Shown one piece after another: positions 26,186 to 37,226 of a stretch of 64,000 bases of DNA (position 1 is the first letter of the stretch; the number at the start of each line of letters is the position of its first letter). Made by a program: the position numbers and the translations under genes. The notes below the pieces were generated by a model. It had not been told where the DNA came from. It did not search any database and worked only from the letters and a program-made list of their open reading frames with translations. This DNA is from an uncultured Chloroflexia bacterium. GTDB lineage: Bacteria; Chloroflexota; Limnocylindria; Limnocylindrales; CSP1-4. The stretch covers positions 713,679 to 777,678 of the forward strand of contig CAVSWB010000001.1 in the NCBI GenBank assembly GCA_963731635.1. The letters run 5' to 3'.

Positions 26186-27025
26186 CTACCGGCTTGTTGG
26201 GCGGCGACCGACGGCCAGGAGATGGCTGCTGGCCGCGAGAAGCGAGGGCTCGCCCTCGACCAGTTCGATCGCATGAAGGAGCGACTGCCAGCGTTTCGGA
26301 TCGTTGCGGCGCTCTCTGAGGTCCGGCAGCCCGCACCATGGACCCTCGACGGCCAGGATTTCCACGTTCGTCATGCCGGCTTCGGATGCCTCGTCGCGCA
26401 GGTCCTCGGGGAGATGGAAGAAAGCGGTCGTGAAATAGCGGCCGTCCAACGTCGGGCGATGCTGGCCCTTTCGTATGTCGCTTTCCATGATCGCCACGTA
26501 GGCGGGGTCGGCGATCAAGTCGTCGGTGACTCCGACCAGCAGAGAGGCGAACCGTGAGATCCCGGCGGCCATGGCAACGCCGCCGGGACGCACGACACGC
26601 AGGGCCTCCCGGAGAGCGCCAACGCGTTCATGCCGCTCGGTGAGGTGGTACAGCGGCCCCAGGACCACGACGGCGTCGAAGGTGGCGTCGGGGAACTCGA
26701 GCGCTCGAGCGTCGCCGAGAAGTGCGCGGAAAGGGTGATCGCCGGCTCGAGCCTGAGCTTGCGCAACGTGAAGAGGCACCGGATCTATGAGTGTGACCTC
26801 GTAGGCTTCCGATGACAGCCACGAGGCGTAACGACCCGGACCTCCCCCGACGTCAAGCACGCGCGCCGGCGGGGGAGGCAGGAATCGAGCGAGCAGGATC
26901 TGCGTCCTCGCATATTCGAGCAGGCCGTCGCCCCTGACCAGGCGGTCCTCTTCCTCTCCACGATCGTAATAGGCTGTGATTTCGCCGCCCAACATGCCTA
27001 TCGTCCCTCTCGATTCCACATCCAC
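26186..27025 (-). CDS. class I SAM-dependent methyltransferase
   Basis: VLDVGGGPGRYA (motif I), FDAVVVLGPLYHL, LRVVRPGG. The start may be the internal ATG at 26995. Confidence 0.8.
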   Translation of the reverse strand: MDVESRGTIGMLGGEITAYYDRGEEEDRLVRGDGLLEYARTQILLARFLPPPPARVLDVGGGPGRYASWLSSEAYEVTLIDPVPLHVAQAQARAGDHPFRALLGDARALEFPDATFDAVVVLGPLYHLTERHERVGALREALRVVRPGGVAMAAGISRFASLLVGVTDDLIADPAYVAIMESDIRKGQHRPTLDGRYFTTAFFHLPEDLRDEASEAGMTNVEILAVEGPWCGLPDLRERRNDPKRWQSLLHAIELVEGEPSLLAASSHLLAVGRRPTSR

Positions 27026-27088
27026 GATCCGTCGGGCCCAACTTTCGGCGGCACAGCGTGGCCCGTCAAGGGAGCCAGTGCCGCGAAG

Positions 27089-28081
27089 CTAGTAGGGGCG
27101 GCGGCGTCGGACCACGAGGGCGGTGAGGAGAAACATGACGGCGGCCATCGCCGCCATCGCAGTCGCCTCCACCGCATCGATAAACGGGTGGCGCGTTCCC
27201 GGGATGAGGCGGGCCACGAACGCCGCCCCCGGCGGCAGCCCGGTGACGTTGCCATCGGCGTCGAAGCTCAAGTTGAGGTCCATCAGCGACTTGAACTCGC
27301 CCGATGAGAGCTGGACCACGTCCTCGAGGACATATGCGCCGTTGTATTCGGTGTTTTGGACTCGCGCGTCAACGACGATCGTCTGGCCGGGGAACCACCA
27401 GTTCTCGGCGATGAAGACTCCCGAGACCAGCACCAGGCCTAGCAGACAGCCGGCGATCAACGCCGGCAGAACCCGGCCCAGAATCGAGCCTGCAAACACC
27501 GCTGCGGCGAAGACGAGCATCCCGATAGCGACCGGCGTCAGACCGTGGCTGCTGCCGTTGTAGAACGAGAGCGTGGGATCCAGGCCGGGGTAGTGCGCCC
27601 CCGCCAGGTCGGTGGCGGCAACGCTCGCCACTGCGGACAGAACCAGCAGCAGGACGGCCACGGGCGCGACCCGGCCGACCAGCCACCGCATCCTGGAAGG
27701 AGCCAGCGACCACGCCACGGCTGCGGTGCCGTCCTCGATTTCGCGGGCGACAAGCGACGCTCCGGCGAGCAACCCCGCCAATGGCGCGACACCCCCGACA
27801 GCTCCCAGGAGCGGTGCCCCCCAGGCGCCGTTCATCGAGCGGAACTCGTTCGCGCTCGCCTGGCACGCGGCCGACGGCGCCCCCGGCCCGACACGCGGCC
27901 ACGCGTTGAGGCAATCCGCCGTGACCCCGACAGCCCTCAGGCGAAACGCGACGAAGAACGCCGCCGCCGAAACCACGATCAGCATGGCCGATACGGCCAC
28001 CAGAGTGAGGCGGTGCAGCAGGAAGGTCAGGCGGGCCTGGACGAGCAGCGACCGCACCGCCCCGGCCAATCGGTTGCGCAT
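27089..28081 (-). CDS. multi-pass membrane protein with ABC-2-permease-like topology (no partner ATPase nearby)
   Basis: ORF 27089..28213 trimmed to the ATG at 28081 (MRNRLAG). It has one TM, a ~60-aa loop, then about five more TM helices. The family assignment rests on topology only. Confidence 0.5.
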   Translation of the reverse strand: MRNRLAGAVRSLLVQARLTFLLHRLTLVAVSAMLIVVSAAAFFVAFRLRAVGVTADCLNAWPRVGPGAPSAACQASANEFRSMNGAWGAPLLGAVGGVAPLAGLLAGASLVAREIEDGTAAVAWSLAPSRMRWLVGRVAPVAVLLLVLSAVASVAATDLAGAHYPGLDPTLSFYNGSSHGLTPVAIGMLVFAAAVFAGSILGRVLPALIAGCLLGLVLVSGVFIAENWWFPGQTIVVDARVQNTEYNGAYVLEDVVQLSSGEFKSLMDLNLSFDADGNVTGLPPGAAFVARLIPGTRHPFIDAVEATAMAAMAAVMFLLTALVVRRRRPY

Positions 28082-28691
28082 ACATCCCCCTCTTCGACGA
28101 CCTTCGCCGCGAACGATAGAGGTTGCCGCGCTGCCACGTCCATCGGGGACAGCGCGACCGGGCGTGCACTGCTCTGCCGGCCGCACCCGCCCCTCCAGGT
28201 CCAAAGGGGGCATCGAGTTCGTGTATCCCGTGGCGGCCGTAGATGACGGAGCGGCTCGGGCACGAACACGCGATTCTGCAATTCTTGCGCCGGGTGGGCG
28301 CTATACGGCAATCGACCGGGCAAGAGCCTGTGGGTTGGCCGATCTGGTCCCGGCGGCGCGCGCCGGCCGCATGGTCGAGGCGGATTCGAGCGTGAAAATC
28401 TGTATCTCAGGCGCAGCTCGAAGTGTCCGGAGCCTCGCGCCGGCCATCGGGAGCGTTCAAGGCGCGGGAATCTTGCAGGAATGAGCTCGGGGTGGGGCCG
28501 CCGGGCCGTCTGCCGCGCCGCCGCGCGCCGCCGGAACCGCGTGGCGTCCGGCGTAACCGGGCACTGACCGGGCGGCGATACGGTGTAACGGCGGCCGCCT
28601 TCGGCGCTGCGGCGCGGCCATCCGGCCGCTCTGACCGTCTGCGGCGCCCCCGCCCGACCTTGCGGCGGCCGCCGTAACCGCCTGGCCGCTC

Positions 28692-29717
28692 CTACTTGAG
28701 CGCTTCGCTGAGGATGGTCTTCAGCTGATCCCACTCCACAAGGAAGGCGTCGTGGCCCTTGTTCGAGAGTATCTCGCGGTAGGCGGCGTCCATTCCGGCG
28801 GCCGACGCCGCTTCGACCATCGCCCGGACCTGGTTCGTGCCGTAGAGGATGTCGCCTTCGATGCCGACGCCCGTGAGCCGCGTCCCGTAGGCCGCCAGCT
28901 TCTGCATTGCCGCCACCTGCCCGCCGCGCCCGCGGCCAAGATCGTGGGCATCCATCGCCAGGACGAGCGTTCGGTACGTGTCTTCGTCGAACCTCTCGAG
29001 GAGCTTGCGGCCCTGGTGGCGCAGATAGCTGACCACCGAAGGCGTGCCGTCCGCCTCGACACGGCCCGCAAACCGCTCCTCGAAGTCGATCTCGCTGCGA
29101 TAGGTCGTGATGGCGAGCTGGCGCGCCAGGTCGAGGCCCGCCATGCCGAGGCGGTCCACGATCTCGAGCTGGATGTGGTCCCAGCCGACGGCCAGCTGGC
29201 CGATCCGGGCCGGCGCCGCCATCGGCACGACCCGGCTGATGTCGCCCGGCCGCTCCAATGCCACTTCCAGCGCGACCATGCCGCCGAGCGACCCGCCGAC
29301 CGCCAGCGCGACCTTCTCGATGCCGAGCGCGTCGAGCAGTCGCCACTGGGCGCGGGCCTGGTCGCGGACGGTGATTCGAGGAAAGGCCCGGCCGTAGGGC
29401 TTGCCCGTGACCGCGTTCCGGGAAGTCGGCCCGGTCGTGCCGTAGCAGCTGCCGAGCAGGTTCATGCACAGGACGCCGTATTTGTCCGTATCGAGGGCCT
29501 GCCCGGGACCGATGATCGGCGCCCACCAATCCCCGGCGGCATCGGCCGATCCCGTCAGGGCGTGGACGACGAGAATCTGTCGGCCTTCGCCGATCGGGAT
29601 GCCGTCGTGGCGGTAGGCGATGACGAGATCCGGCAGCACCGCGCCGGATTCCAGGTTGAAGCGGCCCAGCCACCGCGAGGCGATCTTGCCGGTCTGAAGC
29701 TCGGCGCTGTTGTCCAC
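28692..29717 (-). CDS. metX: homoserine O-acetyltransferase
   Basis: LPDLVIAYRHDG...VVHALTGSADAA...GGSLGGMVALE...GHDAFLVE is the MetX alpha/beta-hydrolase pattern. The first canonical in-frame start is GTG at 29717. Confidence 0.85.
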   Translation of the reverse strand: MDNSAELQTGKIASRWLGRFNLESGAVLPDLVIAYRHDGIPIGEGRQILVVHALTGSADAAGDWWAPIIGPGQALDTDKYGVLCMNLLGSCYGTTGPTSRNAVTGKPYGRAFPRITVRDQARAQWRLLDALGIEKVALAVGGSLGGMVALEVALERPGDISRVVPMAAPARIGQLAVGWDHIQLEIVDRLGMAGLDLARQLAITTYRSEIDFEERFAGRVEADGTPSVVSYLRHQGRKLLERFDEDTYRTLVLAMDAHDLGRGRGGQVAAMQKLAAYGTRLTGVGIEGDILYGTNQVRAMVEAASAAGMDAAYREILSNKGHDAFLVEWDQLKTILSEALK

Positions 29718-29899
29718 GCTGCTCAGGCTACGAAAACCGGCGTCCTGGCGTACGGTCGAAATGCCGGGATCGGCCGCGACGAAGTGCGACCGGCCGGGGC
29801 AGCCGCGGCCTGAGGCCGACCGACCGCCGGAGAGCCGGCCACGCCGGGCCCCGACTGGGACCCGGCGCTCTGAGCACTCATGGCTGACTTGCCGGCTCG

Positions 29900-31420
<1,521 letters not shown>

Positions 31421-31671
31421 TCAGCCAGAGCCTCAGACCCCATCCTCCGCACGTCGGGGCCGCCGAGTCATGGCCATCATGGAACTGCGCAGGCCGAACG
31501 AAAGCACACTTTCGCTCAATGCCCTGCGCGAGTTCTCCCGGCGGTTGGATGTGTGGCTGCTCATTGGTCGGGAAGTCTGGGCCATGTTCAGGGTTTGCGC
31601 AAGGCGGAGCCGGCCCGGATGCGCGGGGTGCCGAGGGCCGCGCGCGGCCTGGGCGCCGGGGCGAGAGGCGT

Positions 31672-31728
31672 CACAGGCTCCCGAGGTCGCCACGGGCTCC
31701 CGAGGTCGCCACAGGCGCCCGAGGTGAT
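31672..31728. repeat. three tandem 19-bp direct repeats ending 8 nt before the EamA-type transporter start
   Basis: cacaggctcccgaggtcgc / cacgggctcccgaggtcgc / cacaggcgcccgaggtgat (31672-31690, 31691-31709, 31710-31728). Confidence 0.8.
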
Positions 31729-31736
31729 ACGGTTCG

Positions 31737-32753
31737 GTGGCGCCGGACATTTCGGCGCTGCCCACACGCGAGGTACCTTCATTGCGCGCAAGCGCCGCGT
31801 TGCCGGTTCGCATTTCCGGCGCCCTGCCACTCCTCGGGCTCGGCGCGGCCGTGGTTCTATGGGGCACGAGCTTCGTCGCGACGAAAGCCGCCCTGACCGG
31901 TTTCGGCCCGCTCGTCGTGGCCGCGATGCGGATGCTGATATCTTCGGCCGTGATGGTCCCGCTCTGGTCCCGGATCCCGACGCCCGACCGGCGGCCCGGC
32001 GACTGGCGCTTGCTCGCCGTGATTGCGCTCTGCTACCCGTGCCTCTACTACGTGCTCGAGGGCAACGCGCTCACGTTGACGACCGCCGGCCAGGCCGGAA
32101 CCGTCTCCGCGCTCGTGCCGCTGCTCGTGGCGGTCGGAGCTCGCGTCTTTATGAGCGAGAATCTCTCCGGCCGGGCCGTCGTGGGGCTGGTCGCTTCGTT
32201 GCTGGGCGTCGTGGCGTTGTCGCTTGCTTCGCCGGGACAGAGCGGGGCGCCCAACCCGATCCTTGGGAACTCGCTCGAGGTCCTGGCGATGGTGACCTAC
32301 GCCGTGTCGATGCTCACCCTCAAGCGGCTGACCACTCGCTACAACCCCTGGTTCCTCACGGGACTCCAATTCCTCGTCGGCGCCCTGCTGTTCCTGCCCG
32401 CGGTGCTCTTTACGCCGCTCGACGCCTGGGGCAGTGCCCCGATGGCCGCGTGGGTCGGCATCGTCTACATGGGCCTGCTCGTGACGATCCTGCCCGCGGG
32501 GCTGTACAACTTCGCCTTGAGCCGGATGCCCGCGGCCCGGACCGCGATGGCGATCAACCTGGTTCCGGTCGTGGCGCTCGTGACCGGCTGGGCGATGCTG
32601 GGCGACGATCTTGCGCCTCTCCAGCTCGTGGCATGCGTCGTGATCCTTGGCGGAGTCGTGCTCGGCCAGATGCAGAACTCGCCTCGGGGCGCGGCAGCCG
32701 GCGCGCCGTCCCGATCGGCGACGGCTCTAGTGCGCCGGCTTCCTGAGCGATAG
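31737..32753 (+). CDS. DMT superfamily transporter (two EamA domains)
   Basis: 338 aa with a GTG start and 10 predicted TM helices. VVLWGTSFVATKAAL in the first half, with an equivalent second half. Confidence 0.85.
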   Translation: MAPDISALPTREVPSLRASAALPVRISGALPLLGLGAAVVLWGTSFVATKAALTGFGPLVVAAMRMLISSAVMVPLWSRIPTPDRRPGDWRLLAVIALCYPCLYYVLEGNALTLTTAGQAGTVSALVPLLVAVGARVFMSENLSGRAVVGLVASLLGVVALSLASPGQSGAPNPILGNSLEVLAMVTYAVSMLTLKRLTTRYNPWFLTGLQFLVGALLFLPAVLFTPLDAWGSAPMAAWVGIVYMGLLVTILPAGLYNFALSRMPAARTAMAINLVPVVALVTGWAMLGDDLAPLQLVACVVILGGVVLGQMQNSPRGAAAGAPSRSATALVRRLPER

Positions 32754-34742
32754 CCGGTCGAGGCGAGCCTTGGCCCGGCGGGTCGGCACGCCGGCTTCTC
32801 CGAAGGCGTGGCGGCTGCCGTCGAAGGCCGCCCGGGCCTGGTTCCGAGCGGCGATCGTTCGACCGAGGGCTTCGAGCGCGTCGGCGTCGTGGCCGATCAA
32901 CCGCAGCGTGTCGGGATCTTCGGAGCCCGGCTGCTTTCGCAGGATGGCCACCGCTTCGCAATACATCGCGTGGGCCGCTTCCGGGTCGCCCATCTTGCGG
33001 GCGACGTCGGCCAGGTGTCCGCGGAGGTCGGCGACATTCCGGCCGCGCCTGCCCTGGAGGCGGGTGTAGCTTTCCAGCACCGATTGGAACGTCGTGCGCG
33101 CCGCCTCGAACTGCCCGAGCCGTTCGAGCGTGAGTCCGAGGTTGCGGCCCAGGAGCAGCACCTCGAGGTCGTCGGGACCGTTCGCTTCCGCGCTGGTCGC
33201 GTACAGACGTCCGAGCGGCCCGGCCACACGTTCGGATATCGTCCGGGCCGCCTCCTCGTCGCCGAGGTCCTCGGTCGTCTCGGCGACCGCGATCAGCGCG
33301 TTCAGCGTCCGCTCGTCCTTCGGCCCGTGGATCCGCTCGAAGACCGAGGCCAGCTCTTCCCACCGACGGCGCGACTCCTCCACTTCGCCGACCTTGGCCA
33401 GCTCCGAGGCGAGGCCTTCGAGTGCCTCAAGCGTCTCGGGTGCCTCCGGTCCCGCAACACGGCGCTGCGTCTGGTACAGCGTGGCGAAGGCCCGCCGCGC
33501 GTCGGCGTGGGACTCAATTCGTGCCAGCACCCGGGCGTGGCCCTTGAGCGCCCAAACCACCTCCGGTGCGTCGGGGCCCAGAGTCCGAGTTCGCACCTCC
33601 GCGACCTGGTGGAAGCGCTCCGCCGCGCCGGCCAGGTCACCGAGCCGCTCGAGGTTCCAGGCGAGGTCGCCAACGACCCACAGCACTCCCGGATGGTCCG
33701 GGCCGAGCAGTTCGAGCCGGCGGGACAGCAGTTGGTCGTCGAGCTCGCGCGCCCGCCGGAAGTCGCCGCAGCGGCTGGTCGCGTCCGTCAGTCCGGCCAG
33801 AGCGTCGAGGACGGCAATCTCGTCCTGATCGGGCAGGCTCGTCATCCGCTCGTACAGTTCGCGATAGGCTCCCGCGGCGGCCGGGGCGTCATCGAGCCTG
33901 AGCAACAGCCGGCTGTGTTGGGCCATGGCGGAGATCGTGGCCGGATCGTCGGGCCCGAGTGTCGCGACCGTGGCTGCCAGTGCCTGTTCGGAGAGAGACC
34001 TGCCGGAGGCTCGGTCGCCGGCGCCGCAGAGGGCGCGAGCCAGGCTGAGCATTGCCTCGAGTGTGTCTCGATGCGTCGGTCCGAGAATGCGGCGGCTTCG
34101 ATCGACGCGCTCGGCCAGCACCTCGCAGGCTCGCGGATATTCCTCGATGTCGATCAACACCGCGCCGAGAACGGTCATCGTCCGGAGCGTCGCGGCATGC
34201 TCGGGTCCGAGCACCTTCCGCTGCGCGTCGAGCAGAGTCTCCAGCGTAGTTCGAGCCGAGGCGTTGTCGCCGAGCGTGCGCTGGGTCAGGCCCAGGTTAT
34301 GGAGCGCGCTCAGAGTGGCCGGGTCCTCCGACCCGAGTGCGGTCCGCCTTCCGGCGACTACGCGTTCGTAGAGCGGCCGGGCAGTCTCGGGCTCGTTGAG
34401 ATACGAGAGCGTGACGGCCAGCCCGTGCAGGGCGGAAAGGGTCTCGAGGTGGCGCGGTCCATAGGCGCGCTCGCACCGCTCGAGGAGCGTGTAGTACTGC
34501 TCACGCGCCGCGGCCAATTCGTTCAGGTCAAGGGCGATGGCGGCAAGCCGAGCGTCGACTTCGAGCGTGGCCGGATGATCGGCGCCAAGGAGCTTGCGCC
34601 TGGCTTCCAGCACCTGGCGGCAGACCGAACGCTGCGCGGACAGATCCTCGATGCCCTCCAGCATGACCTCGAGGTCCTGCAGCGCTGCGAGGCCGGCAAT
34701 CGGCTTCGACGAACTCCCGGTGCCTGCGGACGCGCGATCCAT
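32727..34742 (-). CDS. tetratricopeptide repeat protein (about 14 TPR_10/12-type repeats, no other domain)
   Basis: 671 aa. A ~42-aa unit recurs: A..L.E.vL..RR..LGP.HP.TL......LA..L...G. The 3' end overlaps the convergent transporter gene by 27 nt. Confidence 0.85.
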   Translation of the reverse strand: MDRASAGTGSSSKPIAGLAALQDLEVMLEGIEDLSAQRSVCRQVLEARRKLLGADHPATLEVDARLAAIALDLNELAAAREQYYTLLERCERAYGPRHLETLSALHGLAVTLSYLNEPETARPLYERVVAGRRTALGSEDPATLSALHNLGLTQRTLGDNASARTTLETLLDAQRKVLGPEHAATLRTMTVLGAVLIDIEEYPRACEVLAERVDRSRRILGPTHRDTLEAMLSLARALCGAGDRASGRSLSEQALAATVATLGPDDPATISAMAQHSRLLLRLDDAPAAAGAYRELYERMTSLPDQDEIAVLDALAGLTDATSRCGDFRRARELDDQLLSRRLELLGPDHPGVLWVVGDLAWNLERLGDLAGAAERFHQVAEVRTRTLGPDAPEVVWALKGHARVLARIESHADARRAFATLYQTQRRVAGPEAPETLEALEGLASELAKVGEVEESRRRWEELASVFERIHGPKDERTLNALIAVAETTEDLGDEEAARTISERVAGPLGRLYATSAEANGPDDLEVLLLGRNLGLTLERLGQFEAARTTFQSVLESYTRLQGRRGRNVADLRGHLADVARKMGDPEAAHAMYCEAVAILRKQPGSEDPDTLRLIGHDADALEALGRTIAARNQARAAFDGSRHAFGEAGVPTRRAKARLDRLSLRKPAH

Positions 34743-34824
34743 CGATCGAGTGGATTCTCCTGGCTTGTCCCCCTGTAGGGATCATCATGCCAGGTTCGAG
34801 CGATCCGCCGCGTCCGGCGCGCGG

Positions 34825-35328
34825 CTAGTCGGATTCGGTCGGGATTCCGCCTGGGTTCGTGACGGCACGCAGGTACGTGGCCAGCTCCCGGTTCAGCAGG
34901 ATGGTCGTGTAGGCCTGCGCGACCGGCTCGTCGCAGTACTCGTACTCGACGACCACGTCGGTCATTGCCAGCATCACCGGCCGACGGTTGAGCCCGGAGA
35001 CCGGGTTCGCGGTGGCGGGAGCGTGCATGTATCCGGCCGCCACATATGGGCCGACCTTCATGGTCACTTCGTTCGGCCGGGTGGCGAGGCGCCGGGCCGG
35101 GTCGCCGCGAGGACCGCTCACGACGACTATGCCCAGCTCGTCGCGGTTGACCTCGAGCTCATCGAAGCTCGTCCGGTGGCCGTCGGTCGTGCTGACGAGA
35201 ACCGCGTCGTGGACGAGGATCGAAGGCTGGTCATTGAGCATGTCGGCGAGCCTGGGGCATTCCAGCTCAACTCGCCCTTCGACTGTGCAGTCCTCGGAGT
35301 AACCGACGAAATCGATCTGCGTTCCCAT
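34825..35328 (-). CDS. hypothetical protein (167 aa)
   Basis: Clean ORF with a non-repetitive, balanced composition. It lies between plsY and the TPR gene on the same strand. No family recognised. Confidence 0.6.
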   Translation of the reverse strand: MGTQIDFVGYSEDCTVEGRVELECPRLADMLNDQPSILVHDAVLVSTTDGHRTSFDELEVNRDELGIVVVSGPRGDPARRLATRPNEVTMKVGPYVAAGYMHAPATANPVSGLNRRPVMLAMTDVVVEYEYCDEPVAQAYTTILLNRELATYLRAVTNPGGIPTESD

Positions 35329-35451
35329 GGCCTCAGCCCCTGGCGGCGGCTCGGATAGTCCGAACAGAAGATACGCTGTCCGGAGCCGGGCCGGAGCACT
35401 AATCTTTCGGGTGGCTCGGCGGACGAAACACCCACCCTCACCACGCTCGAG

Positions 35452-36105
35452 CTACCGCGGTGCGGCCTCTCCACTCCCGTTCCTGCCGGTCGAGGGACCC
35501 ACCCGTCGCTCCTTGCCGGTAATCAGCCGCTTTATGTTGTCGTGATGGAACAACCAGATCAACCCCGGCACGCCGATGCCGTAGAGGTAGTAGACCGGGG
35601 CCAGGGGAAGCACGAATGTCGCGACCACCATGGCGATGCCGCCGATCAGGCTGGCACCGAGCGACCCGAGCGACGAAATCCGTGTGACGGCGATCACGAT
35701 GACGAATATCGGAAAGATCACGGCCAGGATGTAGGGCGCGATGATCAGCGCTCCACCGGTGGCCGGAGCCACGCCGCGCCCGCCGGAGAAGCCGATGAAG
35801 GGCGATCGGCTGTGTCCGACGATGGCGGCCAGCGCCGCCAGAACCTGGGCCACGATGCTGCCTCCGATGGCCACGATCAGGAGCACCGCCACGGCACCCT
35901 TGGCGACGTCGAGGAGTCCCGAAACCGCGGCCCATCGAAAGCCGACGGCCCGGGAGACGTTTGCGCCGCCGGTTCGACCGCTGCCGAGAGTCCGCGGATC
36001 CGGCCCGCCGATCAGGCGCGGAACGATGATCCCGAACGGAATGCCGCCCAGGAGAAAGCCCGCGAACAGCGCCAGGGCTGCCCTCAATATGTCGATCGTC
36101 TGCAT
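35452..36105 (-). CDS. plsY: glycerol-3-phosphate acyltransferase PlsY
   Basis: 217 aa. GSGRTGGANVSRA, VAKGAVAVLL, GHSRSPF and GGRGVA match PlsY motifs and topology. Confidence 0.9.
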   Translation of the reverse strand: MQTIDILRAALALFAGFLLGGIPFGIIVPRLIGGPDPRTLGSGRTGGANVSRAVGFRWAAVSGLLDVAKGAVAVLLIVAIGGSIVAQVLAALAAIVGHSRSPFIGFSGGRGVAPATGGALIIAPYILAVIFPIFVIVIAVTRISSLGSLGASLIGGIAMVVATFVLPLAPVYYLYGIGVPGLIWLFHHDNIKRLITGKERRVGPSTGRNGSGEAAPR

Positions 36106-36161
36106 CGCGGGGAAGTATAGGGCCGCGAATCGAGACCGGCAGTCGCCGGCGGCGGCCTCGG

Positions 36162-37226
36162 CTAGGTCTCGCCGTCGACGGTGCCGAGCAGTTCGGCGAG
36201 CAAACGATCCGGGCTCCCACGCAACGCGGCCCGCCGCTTCGGATCGGCGGCGATCTCATCCACGAGCCCGGCCAGCAGGCTGTTGACGGGCGTGGGCACG
36301 TCGGTGACGACGCCGAAGCGGGCGACGGCACCGTTCATCCAGTGGACCTCGGTCGGCTCGCCGGCGACCGCGGTGACGGGCGGCACGCCCGCCTCGGCCG
36401 CCCTGATGTGAACCCGCAGCGACGGCAGCTTGCCGGCTCGCGCCCCGCCCACGATCCGGGCAAGGATCGGCCGGCTGATGAACGCGGGCAGACGAACGAT
36501 CCTCGCCAGCCACGGCACCGCGGCGCCCGGGAGCCCGACCGGCTTCAATCCGAGCTGCTGCATGACGTCGAGGGTCTCTATGAGCTGCCGCCGCTCGATG
36601 GCGAAGAGCCGCGGGTCGCGGTAGATCTCGTCCACGTCCATGTCGAGGACGGCGCCGGTGGCATTCCCGATCAGATTGGCCACGAGCTTCGACCACTTCA
36701 TCGACGATGGATCGCGTAGCTCGGCGGTGCGGAAGCCGACACGGTCGAACTCCCGCTTCAGGGCTCGAACCGACGGCTTGGCGTCCGGGGTCACCGCCGA
36801 AAGCCCCAGGCCGCCATTGCCGAGCCAGCGGATCTCATCCTTCGACGCCAGCTCGATCGGGGCCGTCAGGGAGCCCGCGACGAGGGGCGCTTCGGGACGA
36901 ACCTCGGCGGCTATGCCCTCGGCGCCGATGCCGTTCTCGACGGTCAAGGTCGGGACCGTCGGCCAGATCAGGGTCGGGGCGAGTGCGCCGCGCAGCGCCG
37001 GCATCTTCACGGCGAGCAGGATCAGGTCGGGTTCCGGCGCTTCCTCGGTAGCGCCGACGCGCCGGACCGGGAAGCTCTGTACGGCGCCGTCGGGAGAGAC
37101 CAGTGTCATCGGCTCGACCGAGGAAGGCTCGAAGATCCGGACCAGGGTGACGTCGTTGCCGCCTGCCGCGAGGAGAGTGCCGAGGAACGAGCCGACTGCC
37201 CCGGCGCCGACAACGAGAATCTTCAT
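36162..37226 (-). CDS. ketopantoate reductase (ApbA/PanE) family oxidoreductase
   Basis: ORF 36162..37436 trimmed to the ATG at 37226 (MKILVVGAGAVGSFLGTLLAAGG Rossmann start). The C-terminal part has KWSKLVANL. Confidence 0.7.
   Translation of the reverse strand: MKILVVGAGAVGSFLGTLLAAGGNDVTLVRIFEPSSVEPMTLVSPDGAVQSFPVRRVGATEEAPEPDLILLAVKMPALRGALAPTLIWPTVPTLTVENGIGAEGIAAEVRPEAPLVAGSLTAPIELASKDEIRWLGNGGLGLSAVTPDAKPSVRALKREFDRVGFRTAELRDPSSMKWSKLVANLIGNATGAVLDMDVDEIYRDPRLFAIERRQLIETLDVMQQLGLKPVGLPGAAVPWLARIVRLPAFISRPILARIVGGARAGKLPSLRVHIRAAEAGVPPVTAVAGEPTEVHWMNGAVARFGVVTDVPTPVNSLLAGLVDEIAADPKRRAALRGSPDRLLAELLGTVDGET

Noticed and set aside
28573-28680. Near-inverted repeat around two GGCGGCCGCC palindromes as a possible mobile-element end or REP element.
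   Set aside because: The arms are short and imperfect, the core is a trivially self-complementary GC string, and I found no other copies in the window and no transposase. It is mentioned only within the spacer finding.
29718-29899. A longer metX reaching back to the metY stop, or a separate 53-codon ORF from the ATG at 29881.
   Set aside because: The in-frame upstream region has no canonical start codon before GTG 29717, and it translates to Arg/Gly-rich low-complexity sequence. The ATG-29881 ORF is out of frame and equally low-complexity.
31672-31728. A CRISPR-like array.
   Set aside because: The three 19-bp units are contiguous with no spacers, and there are no cas genes. This is a tandem direct repeat, not a CRISPR array.
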